A DNA stretch of 64,000 nt from a virus (Duplodnaviria > Caudoviricetes), in the IMG/VR virus record IMGVR_UViG_3300003375_000001, positions 32,001 to 96,000 of that record; one strand, 5' to 3'. The number at the start of each line of letters is the position of its first letter. Positions within the stretch are counted from its first letter, which is position 1. The notes below the pieces were generated by a model, which saw only the letters and a program-made list of their open reading frames with translations, was not told the origin of the DNA and made no database searches. This document shows positions 1 through 9,977 of this stretch, in pieces. The position numbers and the translations under genes were made by a program.

Positions 1-48
1 AGATAGATAATCTTCGAAACAATCACGGAAACCACTGAAAGGAAAATC

Positions 49-348
49 ATGTCTGATGACAACACTACAGTTACCCCAGCTCCTGCTGTGGAAGATACAG
101 ATACTAAGGTATCCAAAGCCATTCAGTACCTTATAGACCGTTCTACTGAAGCCTCTTCTGTTCGGGGTTTCGTTGGCGCTCTAACTCTGGTCGCTGGCCT
201 AGTAGTTAAACCTGACCGCCTTGACGCCGTGGCTATGACCGCTGCAGGAGTAAGTGCTTTCTTAAAGGTCGCTCTTCCTGACGACCTGACTCCTATTGTC
301 AAGTCTGTGCGCTCCTTCTTCTCTAATATATTCTCCAAGAAGGCCTAA
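49..348 (+). CDS. Putative holin-like membrane protein
   Basis: 99 aa; AAGGA RBS; two hydrophobic segments (VRGFVGALTLVAGLVV, AVAMTAAGVSAFLKVAL); basic C-terminus KKA; 3 nt upstream of the endolysin. Confidence 0.55.
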   Translation: MSDDNTTVTPAPAVEDTDTKVSKAIQYLIDRSTEASSVRGFVGALTLVAGLVVKPDRLDAVAMTAAGVSAFLKVALPDDLTPIVKSVRSFFSNIFSKKA

Positions 349-351
349 GCT

Positions 352-960
352 ATGCTAGACCTCAAGTCAGCCTTGGCCAGTCTTCACGTAGGTGATAACG
401 TTGCCAATGAGTTTATACCAGTTCTTGCACCTGCACTCGCTCTTAACGACTTGGACTCTGACTTGAGAATAGCCGCGTTTCTGTCCCAAGCTGCTTATGA
501 GAGTAGGTACTTCACTGTGTTGGAAGAGAACCTCTATTACACAACAGCCTCCGTTCTTGCTGACGTGTTTGCTGTAGGTCGTGACCCTAATCTAGCTCCT
601 AGCCTCCTCCGTAACCCTCAAAAACTGGCTAACTTTGCTTATGCAAACAGAGGAGGTAACGGAGATGCTAACTCTGGGGACGGTTGGAAGTACAGGGGGC
701 GGGGCCTCTTTCAGCTAACGTTCAAAAACAACTATGCTAAGGCTGCCAATGACTTAGGTCTGCCTTTAGTAGACAACCCCGATCTCGTAGCTCAGCCTGA
801 CGGCGCAGTTACTACCGCTATCCACTACTGGATGAGTAATAACTTGAATGCCTTGGCTGACAAGAAAGACATAGCTGGCATAACGCGTGCAATAAATGGG
901 CCTAGCGAAGAAGGTCTTGCACAGCGCCTTGCTCTATACCGTAACCTAATTCCTAATTGA
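352..960 (+). CDS. Endolysin, glycoside hydrolase family 19 (chitinase-like)
   Basis: GH19 motifs IAAFLSQAAYES..LEENLYY, GDGWKYRGRGLFQLTFKNNY, ITRAING. Confidence 0.92.
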   Translation: MLDLKSALASLHVGDNVANEFIPVLAPALALNDLDSDLRIAAFLSQAAYESRYFTVLEENLYYTTASVLADVFAVGRDPNLAPSLLRNPQKLANFAYANRGGNGDANSGDGWKYRGRGLFQLTFKNNYAKAANDLGLPLVDNPDLVAQPDGAVTTAIHYWMSNNLNALADKKDIAGITRAINGPSEEGLAQRLALYRNLIPN

Positions 961-974
961 CTCTAGGGGTAACA

Positions 975-1829
975 ATGACTGATTTTGCTGTCGTAACCCC
1001 GGGTGACCTAAGCACTGATTTTGAGCTTGGTACCCGTATAACAAACAAGGTGTCGGTTGCGCTTGCGACCTCCACAACTTATGGTCTTGTAACCCTGGCG
1101 CAGATCGCGTCTATCGCGTCTAGCAACCCAGGCTCTGCTGCCACTACAACCACCTTAGGCACAGTAAAAATTGGCTCTGGCCTATCTATAGTGGCCGGTC
1201 TCCTTTCTTTGAACGCAGGTGCCATCGCCCTTACAGGTGGCTCGATTAACGGCGTAACAATTGGGGCCAGCAATCCTGAGCCTGGCAACTTCACTACTCT
1301 TACGTCTACAGGTCTTTCTAACCTGGCTAGTATTACCACCGGTTCTCTAACTACCACTTCGTTTACATCAACGGGGTCTGTAAACCTGGCGGCGGTAACT
1401 GTCACAGGAGCGGCAAGTCTACTGGGTAACGTTGTCCTGTGTGATAACACTACACATACGCTTATAGTGAATGGAGGTTCGACCTTCAACACTGATATAA
1501 CGTATGCTGGTAATCTCATATCCTCTTCTATAGGATCTCTGCAACTGCCACAAGGCTCAAGTGCTCAGAGGTTTGGCGGTCCTGGTAGTATTCGCCTCAA
1601 TACTACTCTTAGCGGATTTGAAGGCACCGTAGACGGATCTGTATGGTCGTCACTGAGTGGTGGTCCTACGGGCGGAGGTACAGATAAGATTTTTGAGTTG
1701 AACGGACAGACTATCACCACAAACTACACACTACCTTCGGGAAAGAACGCTGTTACAGCTGGACCTGTTACTATCAATAACGGTATAACTGTTATCGTTC
1801 CTACTGGCCAGGGCTGGTCTGTTGTTTGA
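975..1829 (+). CDS. Tail fibre / structural protein, Thr/Gly-rich
   Basis: ATG 975 behind AGGGGT (the track start at 957 is a TTG overlapping the upstream stop). Fibre repeats ATSTTYGLVTLA and ATTTTLGTVKIGSGL; LPQGSSAQR..IRLNT..FEG motif; C-terminal GGGTDKIFELNGQTITTNYTLPSGKNAVTAGPVTINNG..WSVV motif recurrent in phage fibre genes. Confidence 0.65.
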   Translation: MTDFAVVTPGDLSTDFELGTRITNKVSVALATSTTYGLVTLAQIASIASSNPGSAATTTTLGTVKIGSGLSIVAGLLSLNAGAIALTGGSINGVTIGASNPEPGNFTTLTSTGLSNLASITTGSLTTTSFTSTGSVNLAAVTVTGAASLLGNVVLCDNTTHTLIVNGGSTFNTDITYAGNLISSSIGSLQLPQGSSAQRFGGPGSIRLNTTLSGFEGTVDGSVWSSLSGGPTGGGTDKIFELNGQTITTNYTLPSGKNAVTAGPVTINNGITVIVPTGQGWSVV

Positions 1830-1843
1830 TAGAGGACTTATAA

Positions 1844-2848
1844 ATGTCAACACTAACCGTAACCAACATTACAGACGCGCTCAACGCAGGTGTATACTTT
1901 CCTATTCCACCTCGTACGCCTACGCCGTCCCCTACGGACAATTCTATGTCTGTCGCTACTACCGCCTTTGTCACAGCAGCCATTGCGGCCTCGGCCGTAG
2001 TAGGTTTTCCAATTACCATAGGTAGTACGTCAATTGCAGGGGGGTCAAGCCATTCTGCTTTTTCAGGTTTAGCCCTGAACAACACGACCATAGGGGTGAC
2101 AACACCAGCGGCTGGAGCTTTCACAACCCTGTCCTGCACATCAACGGCTAACCTATCTAATACGTCTGTGTTGTCCCTTACCACTAATGGGCTTATAGCT
2201 AATGGCGGTCACGTAAACAACACGTCAATAGGCGATATTACCCCAGCGCCTGGGGCCTTCACTACCCTGACAACATCAGGCACCGTCAACATGACGGCAA
2301 GTACTGTAACCGTACCTACTGCGTCTCCTGGTACGGTGTCTACCGTAGTGGCTAGCACCGCATTTGTTTCTACTGCTATAGCTTCCGTGTCCTCAACTTT
2401 CATAGCCACTGCTGCTCCACCTGGTGCAGTGTGCCTATTTGCTATGCAGGTTACTACAGCCGCGCCTTCTGGTTGGCTCAAGTGTAATGGCGCCTCTGTA
2501 TTACAAACAGATTTTCCAAGCCTTTACGCTGTTATTGGCGCTATGTTTGGTGGGAATAGCACTCACTTCACAATCCCCGATTTACGTGGTCAGTTCTTGC
2601 GGTGCTTTGACGATGGCTTAGGAGTCGATGCTGGTCGTACAATTGGGTCCTATCAAGGCTTCCAACTTACAGGTCACAATCACAGTTTTTCTCAATGGTC
2701 TGACTTTGGTGGTGCTAACGGTGGCGTGGCTTCTGGTTACTCCGGATCGTACCAAGGAACTGTATACACGTCTGGCGCGGGCGGAACGTCAAACGGAAAT
2801 GAAACGCGGCCAATAAACGTTGCGTTGCTTGCTTGCATTAAGTACTAA
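1844..2848 (+). CDS. Tail fibre protein with C-terminal tail-collar domain
   Basis: Collar domain PPGAV..APSGWLKCNG..FPSLYAVIG..FTIPDLRGQFLR..NETRPINVALLACIKY; fibre repeats (V)ATTAFV and ASTAFV. Confidence 0.85.
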   Translation: MSTLTVTNITDALNAGVYFPIPPRTPTPSPTDNSMSVATTAFVTAAIAASAVVGFPITIGSTSIAGGSSHSAFSGLALNNTTIGVTTPAAGAFTTLSCTSTANLSNTSVLSLTTNGLIANGGHVNNTSIGDITPAPGAFTTLTTSGTVNMTASTVTVPTASPGTVSTVVASTAFVSTAIASVSSTFIATAAPPGAVCLFAMQVTTAAPSGWLKCNGASVLQTDFPSLYAVIGAMFGGNSTHFTIPDLRGQFLRCFDDGLGVDAGRTIGSYQGFQLTGHNHSFSQWSDFGGANGGVASGYSGSYQGTVYTSGAGGTSNGNETRPINVALLACIKY

Positions 2849-2861
2849 GAAGGAGTAAAAC

Positions 2862-3458
2862 ATGCCCACACAACAAGTTTATCAAACGGATAGTGAAGGC
2901 TACTACGCAGGTACTACTTACGCGGACGAAAACCCCGTACGTCCAGGTACTTTTATCATGCCAGGCGGGTCTTACGCCGACGCACCTGATCTTACCGCGC
3001 TGCAGCCTTATCAGATATATCAACGTAGTGCTGATGGCAATAGTTGGACTATTGTTCCTAACTATCAAGGTGTTACCTATTGGAATGCTGACGGCACGTC
3101 AGAGACCATAGAAACTAGAGGTACACCTCTGCCAACAGGCGCAAGTTTAACGGAGGTTACTCCTCCACTTACTACAGCCCAAAAGAAGGCTTTATTTGAA
3201 AGTTACGTGCAAGCATACATAGACGCGCCGGCTAAAGCCTGGGGGTATGACAGCGCGGTCTCCTGTATATCCTATATAGGTGACCCCTTCGCACAATTCA
3301 ACGCAGATGGTCTAGCCATGAGAGCTTTTAGATCGTCTTGCTGGACAACAGCCAACGGGATCTATAGCCAGGTTACAGCAGGTACTATTCCTGCGCCTAC
3401 TAAAGACGCTCTATTGGCTATGCTTCCTACAGTACCTACTCAACCAGTGGTGTCTTAA
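2862..3458 (+). CDS. Tail fibre assembly chaperone-like protein
   Basis: Directly follows the collar-domain fibre gene; N-terminus VYQTDSEGYYAG..ADENP..FIMPGG..APDL..WTIVPNYQG typical of fibre-assembly proteins; strong AAGGAG RBS. Confidence 0.65.
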   Translation: MPTQQVYQTDSEGYYAGTTYADENPVRPGTFIMPGGSYADAPDLTALQPYQIYQRSADGNSWTIVPNYQGVTYWNADGTSETIETRGTPLPTGASLTEVTPPLTTAQKKALFESYVQAYIDAPAKAWGYDSAVSCISYIGDPFAQFNADGLAMRAFRSSCWTTANGIYSQVTAGTIPAPTKDALLAMLPTVPTQPVVS

Positions 3459-3460
3459 CT

Positions 3461-4975
3461 ATGTCCACACTAGCTGTAGCTAATATCTCGGGGTTGAACA
3501 TAGGTTCTCCCGTTAACTTCTTTGTGTCGCCTATAATGCCGACACCGACTATCGGAGACAGTTCTAACAAAGCCGCAACAACTAGCTTTGTTATGTCAGC
3601 GGTCACCGCTTTGTCAACCAGCTTCTCTTTTAATCTGGGTTCTACTCTGGTACTTGCTAACACGACGGTATCAGAATTGTCTTCTTTGTCAATTGACAAC
3701 TCACCTATAGGGTCCATTACACCGTCGTCCGGTAACTTTACCGGACTGTACGGCACAGTAAACGCAGGTTCCTACTTGGTCTCCCGCTATCGTGCTTTTC
3801 TCCAGGCCGGTACGGTATCTGCACCCGGTATAGCCTTTGGCGACGAAATAGCTCTTGGAAATACGGGGTTGTTCGAACCCGTAGCCAACGCTATCGGCGT
3901 AGCAAACAACGGAGTAGAGACATTCAGATTCGTTGCAGGTGGTCCGCCACAAGTTATAGCCGCTATTCCCGCTAACGATAACTCTACAAACGTTGCATCT
4001 ACGGCCTTTGTTCAGACCACTGCGTCAACATCTAACTTTATCAACGGTTCGCACCGTGATCTTGTTATTTATTCCGACGGAGCATCTAACAGCGTCTACG
4101 TCTCGGCTAAGGACATAGTTCTTAAGTCATCGACCGGCGCATACCTCGCTGCACGCAACTTCTCCACTATACTTGACCTCAGCACTGTAGGCTTAAATGG
4201 TCGAGACTCTGGGTCACTGACTACGGGCACCCTGTATTCCTTGTGGGTCATGTCTAACGGAACAACGTTCGGTGTTGTAGGAACACCTACACGCAGTTCT
4301 ACTGGTGTGTTTACACTAGGCTCTCGCGTTATAGCCAGCGTTGGTGACACGACAGGTATGTCTGTTGGTACAGTTATAAACTCTTACGTGGCTTCCAATC
4401 TTCTGCCTCCCGGTACGTTTATAACCAACATAGCTGGTACCAACATAACTGTAAGCAACCCCTGTATTGATCCCTCTGCCGCAGGCTCGGTTAGAACTAT
4501 TGTGTGGGTTCCAGCTCCTACGTTAGCAGGCTATACCTATGCTTGTCGTATTGGTATGCTTTACACAAATGCTACAACTGCGGCCCCCGTCCCCTTCACT
4601 CAGATTGACTCAAGGTTCAACTGGACTATTCGCACAACGTTCTTACCCGCTCTACCTCAGCCAGTTACAGGCACTTCCTCTGGATCAGACGTTACTACAC
4701 CAGCTTGGGCTAACGTTTCCTTGTTGAACTACGTGCCTCCTACAGCAAAGCGTGTCCATCTTACACTGATGACTGGAAGTTCAGGGTGCGCACTTGTGGC
4801 ACCAAGCTCACTGTATGGTGGTTATAACTCTAATAGTGCCCCACCATTCGTAGCTAATGCTACCTACGGTGTCTCAACACCGTTTGACATGCCACTAGAA
4901 TCGTTCAACGTAGCCTACGCGTCTAACGTATCGACAGCTCGCTTATTTGTACGCGGTTGGGAAGATACAATATGA
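3461..4975 (+). CDS. Tail fibre protein
   Basis: Shares the MSTLxVxNI start and AATTSFV/ASTAFV repeats with 1844; GTVSAPGIAF..NTGLF fibre motif; C-terminal beta-sandwich ending VRGWED. Confidence 0.7.
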   Translation: MSTLAVANISGLNIGSPVNFFVSPIMPTPTIGDSSNKAATTSFVMSAVTALSTSFSFNLGSTLVLANTTVSELSSLSIDNSPIGSITPSSGNFTGLYGTVNAGSYLVSRYRAFLQAGTVSAPGIAFGDEIALGNTGLFEPVANAIGVANNGVETFRFVAGGPPQVIAAIPANDNSTNVASTAFVQTTASTSNFINGSHRDLVIYSDGASNSVYVSAKDIVLKSSTGAYLAARNFSTILDLSTVGLNGRDSGSLTTGTLYSLWVMSNGTTFGVVGTPTRSSTGVFTLGSRVIASVGDTTGMSVGTVINSYVASNLLPPGTFITNIAGTNITVSNPCIDPSAAGSVRTIVWVPAPTLAGYTYACRIGMLYTNATTAAPVPFTQIDSRFNWTIRTTFLPALPQPVTGTSSGSDVTTPAWANVSLLNYVPPTAKRVHLTLMTGSSGCALVAPSSLYGGYNSNSAPPFVANATYGVSTPFDMPLESFNVAYASNVSTARLFVRGWEDTI

Positions 4976-5024
4976 CCTGTAGAGTATCATCCTACAGTAG
5001 CAACTCAGTTTTGAAAGGGACAGC

Positions 5025-6413
5025 ATGTCTACTTTAACCGTAGCAAACATTGCAGCACTAGGTACGGGGCCATTGAACTTCTTGATCAACGGTATTGGGC
5101 GCCTAACCCTAGACGCTAATGGTCATCTGGTTCAAAGTGCTGTTACAACCAACGTGGCTACCAATCAATACGTTATAAACGTGAATGGTAACAGCTACGC
5201 AGCCTTCTATGACGTTGGCTTGAGTGGGTCTAACGGAGGGCTTGCCATTAGTGGCACAACTGTTGTTGGAACTGTTCCAACTAACGCGACAATGTTCTGG
5301 AACGTTAATACCAATACTGTTGGTATTGGTACGACCAATGCTGTTCAAAAGGTAACTGTTCAAGCTGCGCCAAACCCGAATGGTTTTGACGGCGTCTTCA
5401 TATATAACGGAAACTTGCTACAAAAGGTGATGCTTGGCATCACAGGGTCTACCTATTCCTATTCTGGCATTGGCCCTAACCAGGCCTGGCTATACTCTGG
5501 ATCGAATGACCTTAACATAGGCCCAGACGGTCCAAACGTTATTAAGTTCGTCACGAATGCTAACGAACGTGTTCGCATAACTAGTCAAGGCTACGTAAAC
5601 ATAGGTACAGGCGTTAACAACCCGAATAACAGAGCTTTGTTTGTCGGGGGCGCTATCGGCCTTAGCAATGACGGAACAACTGAAGCGGCTAAATGGTATA
5701 CAGACGGAACGCTCGCGTATTTGGACTCAGGTGGCGTAGGCCAATCATTCTATGCTGGCGGAGTTGAACGCGTTAGAATAGCCTCTAATGGTAACGTTGG
5801 GATTGGGGCAGCGCCAACTGGCGGTCGAAAACTTGAAGTCTATGGAGCGGGCGCCACAGCCTATGACGTGTTGAATATAAGTAACCCTACTGGTGGTGGT
5901 AACCTGTTATTGGGATTGAGCGCCACAGGCACGGGGGCACTATTTTGTCAAGGTGGTGGTAACATCCTGGAAGTAGGCGCACAAGGTCAGGTAATATTCA
6001 CAACAGGCTCAACTGCTGGTGCGTCTACTAAACGTATGGTAATAGATAACTCTGGGAACGTTTTAGTTACCGGAGGCGGCGGTCTTGGTTATGGCACTGG
6101 TTCTGGCGGCACAGTTACTCAAGCGACAAGCAAGTCCACGCCGGTTACCTTGAACACTACAAGTGGTCAGATCATAATGAACAACGCAGCCTTGGCTGCC
6201 AACACCCATGTTCAATTTCAATGCGTTAACTCCACTATTGGCGTGAACGACACCGTATCGGTATCTATAGACTCTACCATGAGCTATGGTTACTACACCA
6301 GTGTCTATACAAAAGCTGGGGGTTTCTACGTTGACTTGTGGAACACGACAGGCGGTTCACTGTCTGAAGCTGTAATCATAAAGTTCAACGTGGTCAGAGG
6401 CTCTATCAACTAA
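5025..6413 (+). CDS. Tail fibre protein with ERxRIxSxGNVGIG repeats
   Basis: Repeats ERVRITSQGYVNIG, ERVRIASNGNVGIG, KRMVIDNSGNVLV; C-terminal GTVTQATSKSTPVTLN domain; MSTLTVANI start. Confidence 0.7.
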   Translation: MSTLTVANIAALGTGPLNFLINGIGRLTLDANGHLVQSAVTTNVATNQYVINVNGNSYAAFYDVGLSGSNGGLAISGTTVVGTVPTNATMFWNVNTNTVGIGTTNAVQKVTVQAAPNPNGFDGVFIYNGNLLQKVMLGITGSTYSYSGIGPNQAWLYSGSNDLNIGPDGPNVIKFVTNANERVRITSQGYVNIGTGVNNPNNRALFVGGAIGLSNDGTTEAAKWYTDGTLAYLDSGGVGQSFYAGGVERVRIASNGNVGIGAAPTGGRKLEVYGAGATAYDVLNISNPTGGGNLLLGLSATGTGALFCQGGGNILEVGAQGQVIFTTGSTAGASTKRMVIDNSGNVLVTGGGGLGYGTGSGGTVTQATSKSTPVTLNTTSGQIIMNNAALAANTHVQFQCVNSTIGVNDTVSVSIDSTMSYGYYTSVYTKAGGFYVDLWNTTGGSLSEAVIIKFNVVRGSIN

Positions 6414-6422
6414 GGACTCATC

Positions 6423-6686
6423 ATGAATTCAATCGACCGTGTTCCACAAATTCCCCAAGACTACGCCAACCATATCGTATACGGCGGCCTACTTGGTCTT
6501 GCCTGTTTACCTTTTATGCGCCCTGAAGTAGCGTGTCTTATGGTCCTCCTCGTAGCCATGGCTAAGAAAGCGGATGACTACTTTGCGGAGAAAGAGACCC
6601 CGTTGATGTGCGTAGGTAAAACTCTGGCAACAGCCGCGATACCTGCAACCCTTCTGCTAGTTAAAAACTTCCACCTCCTGGCGTAA
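6423..6686 (+). CDS. Small membrane protein, unknown function
   Basis: 87 aa; AAGGA RBS; two to three hydrophobic stretches; ends the fibre cluster. Confidence 0.5.
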   Translation: MNSIDRVPQIPQDYANHIVYGGLLGLACLPFMRPEVACLMVLLVAMAKKADDYFAEKETPLMCVGKTLATAAIPATLLLVKNFHLLA

Positions 6687-6814
6687 TTCAGAGTTTAGAC
6701 TGATAGACAGACTTACAGCGTTCGAAGCTCCTCCTCTTCTAAATAGCTGGATTCTGGTCTAGTACCCTACTCAGTGTCAGTCCTGCATAGTAGGTACTTT
6801 TCTCTGTACTGCGA

Positions 6815-6823
6815 CATTTTTAT
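6815..6823 (+). promoter_or_regulatory. Candidate late-promoter element CATTTTNAT (copy 1)
   Basis: CATTTTTAT in the intergenic gap, 33 nt before ATG 6848; same pattern at 26400 and 63708. Confidence 0.3.
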
Positions 6824-6847
6824 TCATAACTGCTCAAGGGTTACCAA

Positions 6848-7810
6848 ATGCTAACTCAATCTTTTCTTCCTTTGATGACCTCTGACAATCGAACGTTAGG
6901 CGTTGTTCCTATTGCGACTACAACCTATACTGACGTTATTACCTCAGAGGTGAAGGACACCATTACTACTTACAACGCAGCAGGTTCCCTTAGAAAGACA
7001 GTGGTTAACTCCAATAGTCGAATCGGGCCTGCCGCTTCAGCTTCTTTAGGTAGCCTGACGCTTCAGGCTGCTGGAGGCCGCTTAATAACAACTAAGCCTC
7101 GCCTCGTTACTTCTTATCCTAGTGATGGTGACGTGACAGACGTTATGCGGGCTGCTATGGCTACCCAAGTGATCGGTGCCAACACTTACCGACTACGCAC
7201 GGTAAACTATCATAGGCTGTCTGGTGAAACCTGGCAAGCCGGTAATCAGATGAGTTTTGTAGCTATCGATCTTTCTCCTAAAGAGGAACGTCAGCTATAT
7301 CAAAACAACATGCGTGGCCTGAACCTGATCGCCTTTGATAACAAGTGGATCATGGCGCCTAATACTGCTTTCAAGATCACGTATGTAGGTCAGTTAGCAG
7401 CCTTCTTTGCGCAAGCTGCTCAGATCCAAGCGTCTAATCCCACTCTTACTACGCCGACTGGCAATAACTTCTCTCGTAACTGGGCTGTCAACTCTCCGTT
7501 TAGCAACGTTGGTGCTAGCCAGTTCATTGATATTAACTGGATGGAAGAGCTGCAAGTTAACGCCGCTGCTTTTGCGCCTACTGTAGCTACGTTAGGTGTC
7601 GCCACATCTGACCCCGGATCAGGCCTTAGCCTGCGCGCGTTCCTTGTGCAACAACCACAGCCTATGGACAGTCTGATAGTCAACACAACTGTTCGTATAG
7701 TCAAGATCATTCAAGGTCCAGCCGCGCCTGGTACCTACACTTGGCCTTTGACAGCTACCGATTCGCAAGGTAACTCTGCCACGTTTAATTTTAGTGTTGT
7801 AGTGGTCTAA
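6848..7810 (+). CDS. Hypothetical virion protein, first gene of the receptor-binding array
   Basis: 320-aa clean ORF; beta-rich, with C-terminal Ig-like PGTYTWPLTATDSQGNSATFNFSVVV; AAGGG RBS. Confidence 0.6.
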   Translation: MLTQSFLPLMTSDNRTLGVVPIATTTYTDVITSEVKDTITTYNAAGSLRKTVVNSNSRIGPAASASLGSLTLQAAGGRLITTKPRLVTSYPSDGDVTDVMRAAMATQVIGANTYRLRTVNYHRLSGETWQAGNQMSFVAIDLSPKEERQLYQNNMRGLNLIAFDNKWIMAPNTAFKITYVGQLAAFFAQAAQIQASNPTLTTPTGNNFSRNWAVNSPFSNVGASQFIDINWMEELQVNAAAFAPTVATLGVATSDPGSGLSLRAFLVQQPQPMDSLIVNTTVRIVKIIQGPAAPGTYTWPLTATDSQGNSATFNFSVVVV

Positions 7811-7812
7811 CC

Positions 7813-8061
7813 ATGAGTTCACTCCCTGCTATTACAAGTGCTTGGTTTAGTACCTGTGGTCCTTTGCCACCTATCGATGGTAAGGGTCTTCCAACGTTAG
7901 ACATGTCTAGGGTAAACTTAGACGTAGATAAGACTAAGGTAAGTGAGGACTGCACCAGCCTTCGACAACTGCTAACTCGTTTAGGCCTAGACACACTAGA
8001 CGGTTGTAAGAGAATAGTATCTGACATTTCTTCCATAGACCCTTCATTGTATAACCTCTGA
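7813..8061 (+). CDS. Hypothetical protein
   Basis: 82 aa; exactly fills the gap between two coupled + strand genes. Confidence 0.45.
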   Translation: MSSLPAITSAWFSTCGPLPPIDGKGLPTLDMSRVNLDVDKTKVSEDCTSLRQLLTRLGLDTLDGCKRIVSDISSIDPSLYNL

Positions 8062-8073
8062 TCTGGAACTAAC

Positions 8074-9909
8074 ATGGCTTACATCTATACCAATGACGAC
8101 GCAAGTCGTTTGCTCACTAAGGCCTTGTCCAAGGGCCTTAACCGTATCACTAAACCAACAGTTGACGTTCGCTACGCAATCGTCAATCCAACCAACCCCA
8201 ACGGTGCTAGAACTACTGTTTCTATTACGGTGTCTTTTACCGCACCTAATCCTGTTACTGTAGGTCAAGGTGCTATATGGCTGAACGCTGACCCCAACTC
8301 TTCCAGTTACAGAACCTTCTCAGTCAGTACCGGCGTTTCTTTTATACCCCTAGGCGCTAGTGTTGACACTAGTACTGAAGCTCAGTTTTCCATTCCTAAC
8401 CCCACTCTTACTCCAGCTAGCACAACTTCTATCGGAGGCATTAAGATAGGTAATAATCTTGTCATAGCTCCTGACGGCACAGTTAACGCTAGCACCTTGA
8501 GTTTGCGTTTGGCTACACTGGCTAACACCGCCCGTGGTAACAACGTTTTTGACCGTGGCATGATGGTATCGCCTCCTATCGTTACTACGGATAACTCGGT
8601 AAATCCTGCTAACCCGGTTGCGTATACCTACTACGGCACTACACCCCGCCCTGATATATACGCTGGTATTCGCGGTGTAGACCCCGCGTTCTTCTATAAC
8701 TTCAGTGGCGCCGGTCTGTTGCGGTTTGAGGGGCCTAGAACTGCGGCTAGTACGTGGTCGCTAACCGCTAATGGAGTTCTGCCTTTCTATACAGATGCGC
8801 CTATCGTTCAAGTTGGTTGCGGAGCTTCGACGAATAACTATCGCTTCCGCGTAAACGGTCAGTACATTGACTCGGGTGTTACTAACATTACGCCGTCAAA
8901 CGTAGGTGCTGGATACACAGATGGTCTGTATAACCTTGTAGTAACTAGCACTACGGGTAAAAACGCGTCGGCTACAGCCAGAGTTACAGGCGGCGCTGTG
9001 GTAACAGCTAGCATAATCATCACTAACCCTGGTGAAGACTATGCCTCTGCTCCTACGTTTACCTTGCCTCCTGCTGCAGGTGCAGGTACTACAACCGCGG
9101 TATTCGTAGCTACCGTAGGCTCACTAGGTATAGCTTGCCCTTCGGCTACAGCCGTTACTCTGAACTTTGGCTCGCGCACACTCCGTCTTATCGAAGTTGA
9201 GTTCTTTGCTGACCATGGCTTCTGGAATATCACTGTAGGTCAGGACGATACTATCTACGCGGCGCCTCAGCCTTCTACAAAGATTCTCCTTATTGGCGAT
9301 AGCTTTGTAGGGAATACTATGGCACCAGCAAACTTGGCTGGTCTGTCTTTCCCTGCTGCCTTCCGCGAAATCAGCGGTACTAACGTTATCCCTCAAGGTG
9401 TTGGTGGCTCTGGCTGGCTTACAGGCAACGTATTGTCGAATAGCTGGCGTATCGGAGACGCAGGTCTCATTTCAAACGTTGACGGTGTTGCTATCGCGCT
9501 AGGTATTAACGACACGTCGTTGGCTGGAGTTGGTATTGCTGCTGCTGTAACTAGCACACTAACAGCACTTCGTGCTTTGCCTAATTTGGCTTCAGTGCCT
9601 ATTGTGGTATTTGGTGCGTGGCCCGCTGCTGCTAACTTCAGTGCAAACCTTCTGGCTACGGACGCCGCTATTTCTGCGGGCGTTACCGCTATGAACGATC
9701 CTTTGATCAAGTTTGTTCCTATCAACGTAGCCGGGTCTAACCCTTATGTATGGGGTACTAAGTACTCTGGTCAGAGCACAGGCGTTGCAGGTAACTCATA
9801 CTGGGTAACAGGTACTGATGGCACTCACCCCTCGGTGCCTGGCGCTGAATACCTTGGCAGACGAGCTGTTCCTGACTTCACTAAGGCCATAGTTTCTATG
9901 GGTCGTTGA
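8074..9909 (+). CDS. Receptor-binding protein 1: shared N-terminal module plus SGNH/GDSL esterase
   Basis: SGNH blocks LLIGDSF, QGVGGSGW, ALGIND, DGTHP; N-terminal ALSKGLN..PTVDV..WLNAD module. Confidence 0.85.
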   Translation: MAYIYTNDDASRLLTKALSKGLNRITKPTVDVRYAIVNPTNPNGARTTVSITVSFTAPNPVTVGQGAIWLNADPNSSSYRTFSVSTGVSFIPLGASVDTSTEAQFSIPNPTLTPASTTSIGGIKIGNNLVIAPDGTVNASTLSLRLATLANTARGNNVFDRGMMVSPPIVTTDNSVNPANPVAYTYYGTTPRPDIYAGIRGVDPAFFYNFSGAGLLRFEGPRTAASTWSLTANGVLPFYTDAPIVQVGCGASTNNYRFRVNGQYIDSGVTNITPSNVGAGYTDGLYNLVVTSTTGKNASATARVTGGAVVTASIIITNPGEDYASAPTFTLPPAAGAGTTTAVFVATVGSLGIACPSATAVTLNFGSRTLRLIEVEFFADHGFWNITVGQDDTIYAAPQPSTKILLIGDSFVGNTMAPANLAGLSFPAAFREISGTNVIPQGVGGSGWLTGNVLSNSWRIGDAGLISNVDGVAIALGINDTSLAGVGIAAAVTSTLTALRALPNLASVPIVVFGAWPAAANFSANLLATDAAISAGVTAMNDPLIKFVPINVAGSNPYVWGTKYSGQSTGVAGNSYWVTGTDGTHPSVPGAEYLGRRAVPDFTKAIVSMGR

Positions 9910-9914
9910 TAACC

Positions 9915-9946
9915 CTGGAGCGTCAAGACCTCTCTTGACGCTTCAG
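9915..9946 (+). other. Intergenic hairpin, 14 bp, no U-tract
   Basis: CTGGAGCGTCAAGA-CCTC-TCTTGACGCTTCAG (one G.U pair). Confidence 0.6.
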
Positions 9947-9977
9947 CTCTTGGCCCTCAACATAATAAGGACATCCG

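Noticed and set aside
6761-6804. AGTACCCTACT..AGTAGGTACT-TTTCT as a terminator after the fibre cluster
   Set aside because: Bulged stem with a ~17-nt loop; plausible but too weak to call
7813-8076. In-frame TGA between the 82-aa ORF and RBP1 (also TAA between holin and endolysin), suggesting readthrough
   Set aside because: One-in-three chance arrangement; the downstream genes have their own starts, and RBP1 begins at the same module position as its paralogues
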